Shown one piece after another: positions 12,197 through 23,400 of a DNA stretch of 64,000 nucleotides. How positions within the stretch are numbered: position 1 is the stretch's first letter; every line of letters starts with the position of its first letter. Location of the stretch: contig JAAOMT010000591.1 in the NCBI GenBank assembly GCA_016748015.1, positions 915,050-979,049 of the forward strand. The letters run 5' to 3'. Position numbers and translations under genes: made by a program. The DNA comes from Geosiphon pyriformis uo1 (lineage: Eukaryota > Fungi > Glomeromycota). The notes below the pieces were generated by a model. It was not told the origin of the DNA. It saw only the letters and a list, made by a program, of their open reading frames with translations, and ran no database searches.

Positions 12197-13130
12197 TTAA
12201 ACCTTTGTTGAACAGAACCCTCCAAAACTGTAGGGATATAGAAAGTTAACATTATTTTGTATAGAATATTTCTATTTTCGATAAAAAACATCATCACTCT
12301 TCTCTATTATTACTCACCCCATCAATTTAGCCATGTCAGGATTCATCCCTTCTTCCCCTTCGGCCTCTCCTTCAGTGCTAGCATCACCAGTTTTTTCACG
12401 CTGCTTTTTCGCCTTTTTTCGCTCCTTTCGTTTCCGTTTCTCTTCTTCTTCTTGTTGACGTACTTGTTCGACCCGTGCCTCAAAATCATATTCTTGTGGT
12501 TCTTCTTTTTCCTTTTTTAGTCGGTCAAGTTTAGCTTTGACTTGTTCAAGTGAACTACGTTCTACTTTCATCGACATCCCCAGGGCTCTTTGATCTTTAG
12601 AAAAGAAAATACGAGGTCAAAAACTTGAATTGGTACGATAGAAACTTCTGAATACTCACGTTTCTTTCCATTTATGTGATCTAGAAAATTAACACTATCC
12701 TTGACTACGCAATCACATACATTACAATAGTATCCTGGTTGTTTTGACGCAATGCTAGTGCTTTGAACAACTTGGGTTTTGTTAAGATTGGTGTCAAGCA
12801 CGACTTTTTCTGACCGAGCTTTGAGTAAATCCCGAGGTGGTGGTAACAGATCTGACGTCCCATCACCTGAGGGTCCTTTTGGTCGTAGCCCTTTACGTTT
12901 TCTTGACTCGTCTTCTTCTTGTTGCTGCTCACGTCGTAGTCGATCTCTCGCACGACGTTCATATTCCTCTCTATCCCAGGTGCGACGAAACGATGCGTCT
13001 TGCTGTAAGACGTTTATTGGGAAACCAAAAATATAGTTATAAAACGATCAAAAAGTAAAGAAGAGGAAAAAAGTATATATCTAGCTGAATTTACCGTTGA
13101 ATTTTCATAGAAGCCTTTTTTTTGAGACAT
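12197..13130 (-). CDS. SNU23: U4/U6.U5 tri-snRNP zinc-finger protein Snu23/ZMAT2 (multi-exon)
   Basis: [54 protein letters not shown]; C-terminus MAKLMGFGGF. Confidence 0.92.
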
Positions 13131-13278
13131 TTTCAAAGAGCGAATTTCGTATGAAAAATAAATAAAATTGTTTTCAAACAATGAAATTACAAAATGCTAC
13201 TAAGGATATACGTCATTTTATTAGAATAAATAAACGCATTTACCTCCCTCTCCTGTTACTCTGTGAACAGTGAACAAA

Positions 13279-14078
13279 ATGTCACAAATAACAGGCTTAA
13301 CTTTTGATTCTTTAGACGTTCATGGGAAAATGTTGCAACTCAATGAGTCTCAAACGCACTTCTACCTTAGCGCTGACCCGCTATCAGAAAACCCTCTTGC
13401 TTGGTAAGACCTCAACAACTTACATATCAACATAATCTTATTGTAAAACTTATTGCTAATTCAACCTTTTTGATACCCAGGCCTGAGTACTTATCAAAAT
13501 TTAACGTCCTCCTCTCAAAGCATACAAACCTCTCCAATAGTCTCGCTGAACCAAAGCTTCGTAAAACCTTGTTATACCCCAAAGAATTTCTGGCGGACGA
13601 GCAAGATCTAAGACTGCGCACACTTCTTCGTACGAAACAGATACCGGAAATTGAAGAATCCGAACTAAAATTAAAGTTTGATATAGCAGTACAAGAAGGT
13701 CTTTGGGGACAAGAACTCGACGCGATAGAAAGTAAAGATAAAATTACTGGGGTAGACGATGAAGAGAAATGGGAAGCGTTGTTGATTGAATGGAAAAAAA
13801 TTTATGAAGAGCATGATATGGTCTGTCAGACAGCTACTTCTATCGTTGAAGATTTATTAACTAAAGAAAATATGGAAGGCTCTAAACGATTGTCTGATCC
13901 TTTGATGGATGCGGATGAGGATGATGAAATGGATGGAGAGAGCAAGAAAGTCCCACCTCCCATTGATGCAGGCGCGGCTATGCAACGAGATAGGATGGAG
14001 CAAGAATGTTCGTTGGAGGATGTTTTGGATTTTATGTCTAGTGGAATTAAGAATGGAAGGATGCCTGTTGTTTCATAG
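13279..14078 (+). CDS. MED8: Mediator subunit 8 (one intron ~13404-13481)
   Basis: LAW|PEYLSKFNVLLSK..LLYP..LRTLLRTKQIPEIEE and C-terminal LEDVLDFMSSG match fungal Med8. Confidence 0.75.
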
Positions 14079-14373
14079 CCTTTGAGTAATTACAACTGAT
14101 GACTATTAGAATAGTTGACAGGTAATAATTTCGTATCTCTATTATGATTTAATTTCAAGTTCCGTATTCCATGGTATTAATCTTATTTCACACTAGTTAC
14201 AACTTGCTGCCAAACTTGCTTTGCTTTCCGCCGAAATATCATAACACTCCATTCCATTGCAATAATGGTAAGTGAGATCGAAATCTATTCCAATGATTAA
14301 AGTCAGCTTCTGGAAAAGCCTAATACTAATATAAATAATAAATATACAGTGGCCATCCAAATAAATAATATAT

Positions 14374-16261
14374 TTATAATAAAAGCTCTCCAAACGGATC
14401 ACCTATAATACCACTCTCCTTGCTATCGTACACAATGCGACCCCTTAAGAAGGTCTTTTTGACTACCCCATATAACTTTTTTCCTTCATATGGCGTTACT
14501 TTATTTTTGAAATGTATACCTTGTTTGCCAAGCTATATTTACATACCAAATGGATATCATGAGCAAATTTCCAACTTTAACTTCAAGTAATATTAAAAAT
14601 TATTTACCGTAAAAGTTTCTTCCGGATTCCAGATGACGAAATCTGCATCATACCCGGGCTGAATCTCACCTTTCCGGTAGGATAAGCCTACTTGTTTGGC
14701 CGTGTTTCGTGCCAACCATGTGTGAAGATGAGATACACTATGGGGAGATTAGTTTTTTTCTTGAAATGTTTAATTCCAGTGAAATCGATGAAACTTGATA
14801 AATGAATCGAATACCTGCAACCTCGTTTACGTGCCTCGGTCCATAAAACCGGTAACCCAAATTGTAAGGTTGAAATTCCACCCCACGCTTTGATGAAGTC
14901 ACCCTCCTCAAATAATTTGAGGTCGGGAGTACAGGGTGAATGATCCGATACCACATAATCAATTGTGCCATCTTTCAAAGCCTAAAAAACTTATTTTTGA
15001 AGTATTGTGTGTTCAAACTGACGTACAACTTCATAAATAATACCTCCCAAAGTAACTCTCGATTAGCCTCTCCTCTAATTGGAGGACAACATTTGAACTC
15101 GGTGCGAGCCAGTGGTATTTCTTCCGACGTTAAACACAAATAGTGAAAACATGTCTCGACGGTTAATGGCAAGCCAGCCTTTTTTGCCTCACGTATCACT
15201 TTTAATCCTTCCGCAGCTGATAAATGAACAATATGTGACCTCACTGTTTTATATTCACGTGTAAGTTTCACGATGAGATTAATGGCGGTAAGCTCAAGTG
15301 AGGGAGGTCGTGATGAGAGGAAGGTAGAGTATTTGTGCGGTGAAGGTAATGGTTTGATGCCTGGGGAAGATTTCGACGAATCAGAAGTCGTAGAGCGTTC
15401 TGCTTCCATCTCTGCATGGAACATGAGTACTGTTTTTTGATCCTGTCATAGAATTTGGTCTTTTCCAATTAAAAATACAAACAAGTAGCTTCACATTGAT
15501 TTTATCCTTAAAGATTATTAAGACTTAAAAAGTCCCTCTATACCTTTAATTTTTCATAAGCAAGCCGTACATCTGTCTCTTTGACGTATGGGAACTCATC
15601 CACCCCACTTTCAATCAAAAAGCACTTGAAACCTTTCACCCCCGCTTCAATCAACGGAACTAATTCATCCTGGAGAAACCCAATTTTAAAAGTTAGCTAT
15701 GTTCCATTCATTAATGGAAACAGACGCGAATCACTGACCTCATTTCTGGGAATAACACCTCCAAAGAAGCCGACGTCCACCCAACACTGACCACTAGCAG
15801 CTTCAATCTTTGCCTGCAAATTCTTGACTGTAGTGGTGGGTGGAATTGAGTTCAATGGCATATCGATGACCGTCGTGACTCCCCCTAAAATTTTCAATTG
15901 GGTATTTAATAAAGGATCGGGTTAGGGTTACAAGTCTCCCTTACAAACCAGCACAAGCAGCCTTAGTTCCAGTCTCGAATCCCTCCCATGCCGTCCTGCC
16001 AGGTTCATTCAAATGCACATGGGTATCTACCAGACCACTTTGAACAACTTCGTCGTCTGTGACCTGAATAAACTGTTGAATAGGCAAATATGCATAGTGG
16101 GTCGCGTGGTTAGATTTTCTGTTATGAACAGCGATTATTTTCCCGCTCTTTTGGTCTACTTCTATGGTGCCTGGTGAAGGAGAGGGAAAAGCGGCGGTTA
16201 AAATCTGAGAGCCCGTTATTACGAGAAGGTTTTGGGTATCGAGTTCTGGTGGCATTGTCAT
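14374..16261 (-). CDS. DAL1: Allantoinase (amidohydrolase family, multi-exon)
   Basis: [21 protein letters not shown]; [19 protein letters not shown]; HIVHLS; TVETCFHYL; FKCCPPIR; VVSDHSPC; [12 protein letters not shown]. Confidence 0.95.
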
Positions 16262-16405
16262 CAAACTACCGCTAGACTTCTATGAATGCGTGAATTCAAA
16301 GGTTTAAGGGAAGGGCGTAGCTGCAAAAAATAAGACATTATACAATATAGCACGTGTTGTGAATGACTATATTTGTTTAGGCAAAAAAAATCAATAAACA
16401 AATAA

Positions 16406-16495
16406 ATTATTTCATTTCTTTCTATCACGGAATCTTTTCACCTCTTTATTAAAACCAGATGCATTATTTTTTTCTTTCTATCATGGAATCTTTCT
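16406..16495 (-). promoter_or_regulatory. Duplicated ~33-bp segment, each copy with a GATA site, upstream of DAL1
   Basis: TTCTTTCTATCACGGAATCTTT and TTCTTTCTATCATGGAATCTTT (GATAG on the DAL1 strand), 150-230 bp upstream of the start. Confidence 0.35.
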
Positions 16496-17012
16496 TATTT
16501 TCGTCACTTCATTCAAATTTAGCCTCTTTTAGAACATGAGGACTGTGGACTTTAGTGATTGGTATGATTTCAAAGGTAGGTGCTTTTCAGAGCAAAAGGC
16601 GCGATGCTTTATACTTATTCACCAATACAACATCCAATTCTCTGACTTTTTTAATTATCAAGTTATACCTCACAGAACAACAGTGTTTCATCCTTATCGG
16701 AATTTGTTCATTTGACTTTGTGGCTAAATCAAATTCAGAGTCAAATGAGCATTAAGCACTGAATGGTGTGTGGACATGGCGTTTTGCCATCTTTGCGAAT
16801 ACATTGGGCATTAAGGTTTTCTTCCTTCATTTCTGAGAGTATTTGAGTCAGGTTACATCCTGAACTCGGTTACTTGCCCAAGTGGTTACAATCTCGCCCA
16901 AGTGATGGTGGTGGCAGCTCCAGTCTCAACAACCTTATCATTGTATATCTTGTATTAGTTATTAGAGAATATGTAGTTATAATTTTGAAACAATCAGGTG
17001 ATAGATGACCAT

Positions 17013-20000
17013 TGTTATGGGTAAACTTGGTGGGGTATTGTGGTAACGTTTGCTGCTCTAAACTTGGATAATGGGAGCTTAAAGGCCTCTATTCCGGATA
17101 CTTAAGGTGAGTCATTTGATATCAGTCTCTGAAGGTTTTTTGCTAGTTTTACCCATGGAGTTCTTTAATTATAAGGCACAGAGAAATATTTGGCTATTTA
17201 CAGCTTAAGTGTGTAAGCTATTTTCTTCAAGCTAGTCGAGTGCAATTGCTAGAGTCTGGTGGTGTTTTTTCATCCTTCTGGTAAGCTAACAAGATAATAT
17301 TAATATCCAATTTTAAGGGGAGCTTCCCTCTTTTACCAGGCTGTTATGAAGTTTATTTCCAGACAATCAATTTTTCAATGTTGCCATTCCACAAAAAAAG
17401 AAAAGAAAATAAAAGAAAAGAGGAAAAAAGAAAAAGAAAAAGAAAAAGAGAAAAAAAAAATAAAAGAAATTAGTATTGTTAATCACTGTGATCAAAAGTG
17501 ATTGGTCTAAGTTGTTATTTGTTTAAGACGTTTTATGCTAAAAACATTTGGCCGAAAATAAAAGTAAGAGAATAAGTAATTTGGTTTAAACATGAAATTT
17601 ATGGATCATAAATAAGTAATTTTTGGTTTTAAATATTTTTTTTATTTGAAATAATGTAGATATATAGGTAAGATAGATTTAATAGATATGGTAAAGGATA
17701 TATTTTTTATCTGATTATTTTTCTTGTCTTTTTTTTACTGTTAAAATTACTTGTTTTTATATATATTTTTAATTTTACAACATTGCTTTTTAATTGCTTG
17801 TTATCATTAGTTATTGTTAACTATTTCTGTTATTGTTTCATTTTTTTATACTGTAATTAGTTGTTCTATATTATGGCTAGTTATTTTGTGTTATTTTATA
17901 TTATTGTGTTATTTTGTATTATTTTAAGTTATAATGTATTATTTTGTGTTATTTTGTGTTATCATATTTTTTTATGTTATTATATTTCCTAATCATGTTT
18001 TTTCAATATCTTTTGGATTTGTTTTTTTTATTTGGGTAATATTATCCTTTTTTTTTAGAATTAAGTTTCTGCAAAATTGTATGTATCTGTAAAAATTGTT
18101 TTTTTAGTATAGTGTTTAATTGTTGTATTGAATATTGCTTTTTGTAGGTCTTCAAACTATGTATTTGTTATTTATTCTATATTATTAACTGTAATAGTTT
18201 TTAGTGTACTATCTAGCAGTATAGTTAAATAGTGTTTAAAGGCTGCATATAATTAATAAATTGTTTTATAATATAGTATTAAGTTGCTTTTTTTTATGAA
18301 TTTTTTTACTTGTTTAAAAGCTTTTCTATTAAAAATTCATCTGTTGAAGTCTTTATATGGTATTTTCAATTCTAATTGTTTACTAATCTTAGATTAGTAA
18401 AAGTTTTTTTTCATTCTTTGGCATTTCTGGTGTTTATTTTTTTGTGTTGAGTAGTTTAATTTCTTGAAAAAAATCTTGTTAGATTTTTTTAGTATCAAAA
18501 ATTATGTATTTTTTTTTTTCTTTTGATCATTCATAGAAATAGAAACATTTAGTTTTAGTTAAACTCTTACCTATTTTTTTCTTGTGTGAATTTTTGTATT
18601 ATATCTTTTTTTATCAATTATAATTTTTATTGGTGTTGTGAATTATTGAATTGCTTTAAATAGTTGTTTTAAAAGTTTTAAAATTTGATCTAAAAGATTT
18701 ATGTTAAGAGTTTTATCATCTTTTTTCTTGCTGTTTTGGTTTTTATATATATTTAAATTTATAACTTAATTTATTATTAATGAACTATATTTTAATAATA
18801 ATAATTAATTTCAAATCTTATAGTATATTTTCTAATTTAATTAATGAAATTTGTGTTCTTAATTAAGATATAAATAACAATGACTCTTGATTAGTATGAT
18901 AAATTTTCACTCAATTTCTATGCACTATTTTTTTGGAATTTTGGTTTTTAATTGTAATTTGTACATTTTATTGCTTAAAACTTTATATATGTAAAATAAT
19001 CTGTTTTATTTTGGGTCAAACTTTTTACTTTATTGTTTTTTAACTTTAGTATAATATAATAATACTTTGTTTTCAATTTTGAATTTGGCTGGTTGGTTAG
19101 ATAAATGATTATTATGTTTTTTTTCTGTTGTTTTTGAGTATTACTAATATTATTAACTACTGTTTTATAATTGTTTTTTAATGTTTTTATTAGCTGGTAT
19201 GTTTTTTGATATAAAGTAACTTCAAAATTTTCTTTAGTGATTGTTTTTATTAAGAAAAAAAATATTTTTCATTTAGTAAATAAAATGACTTGTCTTTTAT
19301 AGACTAGTTTAAATAATATAAACTGAATAATATTTTGCTTTAATGTTTGATATGCAAATAATACAGAAAATATGAATAAGTTTTATTTTTGTACATTTTA
19401 TAACTTATTTTTGCTAATGCTTTACATAATATTCAGTTAAATTATTTTATTAGTCTATTTATTTGTGGATAATATAACAATAATAATGGTTATTTTATTC
19501 CAAATTGTTGGCTTAATTTAGTTAATGTATTATTAATAAAATAAGTTTTTTAGCCAAATAATAATTTTTTTAGGCATTTATATCAGCAAATTAAATCTTT
19601 AATGCACAAATTTGGCTATTGTTTTAGCATTAACTATTAAAATAGCTTTGGCTTTAGGCCGTTTAATAAAATAGTTTATAGTTATAGCAATATAATAATT
19701 TTTTTTGAATATAATTAAGAGAAGACTAACCAAATTAATTCCAATTTTATCAAATAAATTTTCAACTAGAATAGATTGAAATAGTTCTGTAGTTCTGGCT
19801 TCTTTTCTCTGTTAACATAAATTACAGTTAATAACATATTCAAAAATATTCTTATATATTATTGGCCAATAGTATAGATTCATTATTTTTTTCAAAGTAA
19901 TGTTTTTGTTAAAATATTCTGTAATTAAATCAAAATATATGCTATGTAAAACAATTTTTTTTTACTGTTTTTTATAACTTGTTATGAAATAGTGCAGTTT

Positions 20001-20468
20001 TGGCATTCTTAATAGTATAATTAATTGTTCTGAATAAAATAATTACAAGCTTGTTTTTATATACCACTTTGTTTCTATTAAGATAATTTTTTTTTGAACT
20101 GTAGTGTTAATAAATACTAATGTAATTGCTGATAAGTAGTTGTGTTTATAAGTCTGGAGTTAAATTTGTGTTATTCTTAACAAACTATTAGCATTGGTAT
20201 TTTTGGTTTTTTTCTTATAATGTACTTTGTATGGAAATTATTACAAATAAGTATTCTATTGTGCATATTTTTTTTTTAGCTATGGCTTATTAAATAACCA
20301 AATAAGTTTTTTGTGATCTGTATATAGATTAAATGGTTGGTAAAAGTAATGTTTCTAATTTTGTACTGCTTAGTAAATAGCAAAACATTCTAAATCTATT
20401 GTACTATATATTTTCTTTACTGGGCTAGTATTAGAACTAGTATAAGCAATTAGGTGTTCTCAATTGTT
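17013..20468 (-). mobile_element. Degenerate Ty3/Gypsy element A: RNase H - integrase - ~0.8 kb spacer - PPT - 3' LTR (LTR family B, ~17013-18041)
   Basis: Minus-strand remnants YYWPIIYKNIFEYVINCNLC, YIAITINYFIKRPKAKA (=xxxxDYFTKWPEA) and a GPF/Y-type C-terminus KKFDPK*NRLFYI. Purine run just before 18041. LTR ends ...CCCATAACA and aligns with 32661-33657. Confidence 0.78.
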
Positions 20469-23400
20469 TGGTATTACTTATAAAATTAGGAAATTATAAT
20501 AATAGGTAAAAATAGCCAATCAGAAATAGGCATAGTAAAATAAAAAATTCTAGGATTCCTTTTAGAAAATTACAAAATTCCAGAATTCCAGAATTTTTTT
20601 TAAGAAATAACAAAATTTTAGAATTCCAAGATTCTCTTAGAGAATTGCAAGATTTCCAGAAATCTTGTATAACACAAATTATGTATATATAGTAAGAGTG
20701 TTAGAAGCAAAAAAATATTCAAAATTCAATAAAGTTCAGAACAATAAATACTACTTTCTTTAAAAGATAGTTTTCTATAACTTGAAGTAGAAACTTATCA
20801 ATATTAATAAAAATATCTAATTATTATTTAATTCATAGTATTGTTATTTGATTAAGAATATTAATTACTTTTTTATTATCAATACTCTATATTGATAAAA
20901 TCCAATACTTAATTATACTAAACCAATAGCTCTTAATTACAGCTATTGACAGAATATTAATTTCTTATTTTTTTTCTTTTATTTTCTGTATTTTTTTTTA
21001 TTTTCTTTGGCTTTATTCTTTGTTGTTTACTAATTAATTAAAAAGATTAAGCACTAAGTATTTGACATCAAAAATAGTCTGGTAAAAGACTCAGAAATAA
21101 GAATAGAAATTTAAGAATAGTTTATCAGAAGAACATGACTGCCAAAATAAACTGGCCATTATATTGAAAAAAAATTCATGGAAAAAACCATCAATTGAAT
21201 TTCTGTTTATTATACAAAAAACTCAACCAAAATCTTCAGATTTTAAAATCTTTAAAAATTATCAACATTACCAACTATTAAGCATCAAGTTACAGATTTG
21301 TTATTTGCTCTAACACTTCAAATAATTACTTGTAATATTTGGTGCTCTCTGTAAAGTATAATCTAACAAAGAACCAATACCAATATTAACTATCCAAAAA
21401 AGTGGCAAACCAAGAAATTATAAAAGAAAATTATTTGGAATTTATAAATTTTTATTTTAACATTACCAAATTTATCTTAGACTAACAAATAACTATTAGT
21501 CAGCAGAATCAGTTTTCAATTTCTATGTCAATAAAAAATTAAATTCTACTTGGGAAACCAAGGAGATTCAGAAGCTGTTTTTAACAATTTTTATAGTAAA
21601 TTATTCCAAAACATCATATTTTTACTAAACTATCTGTTTATATTACTAATTACAGAAATAAACAAAGAAATTAAAAAATACATTCAACAAAGATTTTTTA
21701 TTATCTTTACAGACAAAGAAAAATTACAAACTCTAATAGAAACACCAAGAAAAATACAATTACCTACTTAGAAAAAACCAAGAATTGTTTTATCTATTTA
21801 TCTATCATATCATCATATACCAAAAAGTACTATACACATATCATTAGAATTTGAATTACCATCAATTACAAAAACCTTATTACCCAGAGTATTATTTTAA
21901 AATAATCAAGAGAAAGCCAAATTATTAGAAACTTATAACAATTTTTTTAAAGAATTTAAATTGTAATTAATAACACTATCAAAACTTTAATCATTGCTAT
22001 TTTACCCAAATTTCAGATTTACCAGTTAGTAAAAAAATACTGAATTAAAAGAAAAAAAAACAATAATCAAGAAAATATAATCAAAACTTAATCCTAGATA
22101 ACTCAAAAATATAAACTCTAATTGTTTAAACTTTGCAAAACCTAAACAATCCAAACTTTATTTCTATTATTCAGCAACTTTTACCTCTAGTTATTATGAT
22201 TGATCTACCAATTGCTGCACAACAACAACAACCTTAACAACAATTACAACAATAACAACTTGCATTAATAATATATACACCAATTACTAAACTAAAAAAA
22301 TTTACCAGTAAAGAAGACAATGTCCAAGCATGGCTAAATAATATGGAAAAAGCCATTACAATCAATGAATAAGACAAAGCCAAAGCAATTTAAGCCATTT
22401 TATACATTTTCTAAAACACCACCAATTTGTGGTATTAAAATTTTGTAAACAAATCTTAAGATTTTAATGTGTTCAAGGCTGTATTTCTATGATATTTTAG
22501 TAATAATAATAATCTAAATCACTTGTTAACTAGTTTTACTACAATTAAACAAGATAATACTAAAGCAGTTACTACTTACTTGAAATACTTCTACAAAAAT
22601 TTGCACCAAATTCAGACAATTTAAGTTGACTACTTTACCATAACACAGATTTTGAACCAGTTTATTTACAGATTATACAGCTTGTTGTTACAACAAGTAT
22701 GCCTTATGCACCTAAATACTCTTCAAAATACAGTTACACATATCCAAAATTTTGAATTAGCTGAACTTAAAGTCAACCATGCCCAAGCTGTAAATCTAGT
22801 AATGAATGGATTATTTAAATTGGATACTAAATTAAAGCAATTTGGCAAAATCATCAATCAGAAAATCAAGGAATACTTAGCTAATAATCAAGCTATTTAT
22901 TACTTTCTACAATGTTGTAACAATCAAGAAAACTTCAATCATTTCTAAAATCAATTGCATCTATTATTCTCATTAGCCAATTAATTGTGACAGTAAAAAA
23001 TACATATTTGTTACTATTGTGGTAAACAAAAACACTTAAAATTAAACTGTTGTTTAAGATTAAATAACCAATAATCGGAAAATCAATCTAAAAACCCCAA
23101 TTACCAATTTCAAACTTTGAATTATATCTAAAATCAGAAACAATACCAATTTCATTACACATTAATAATATAACAATTAATATATGTACTTCTAGTTTAT
23201 TAGACTTTAGTATTGATAATCTATTAACCACAGTCATAAGTAATTTATCAACTTCAACAAATTCAAGTGCCACTCCAAATTACTGTGTCAATACTAATTG
23301 GAAATACAAGACTGAAAATTACTTATATTTAGCAGAATTGGAAAATAGCAATAGTAATATATCAACTAATCTTCAATTTCTTAAACTAGTTATTAAAATT

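Noticed and set aside
15918-15929. GGGTTAGGGTTA (two telomeric units; TAACCCTAACCC on minus) as a telomerase template or interstitial telomere
   Set aside because: It lies inside a ~55-nt DAL1 intron with no flanking structure; most simply chance.
20545-20670. Short repeated AGAATTCCAG units resembling a CRISPR-like array
   Set aside because: Irregular U3 tandem repeats within the LTR (mirrored at ~35530-35610); eukaryotic context, no spacers or cas genes.
21050-21075. TTGACATCA/TTGGCATCAGG as the PBS
   Set aside because: The homologous sequence lies inside the complete 3' LTR (28351-29260), so it is LTR-internal; the real PBS is at 21340.
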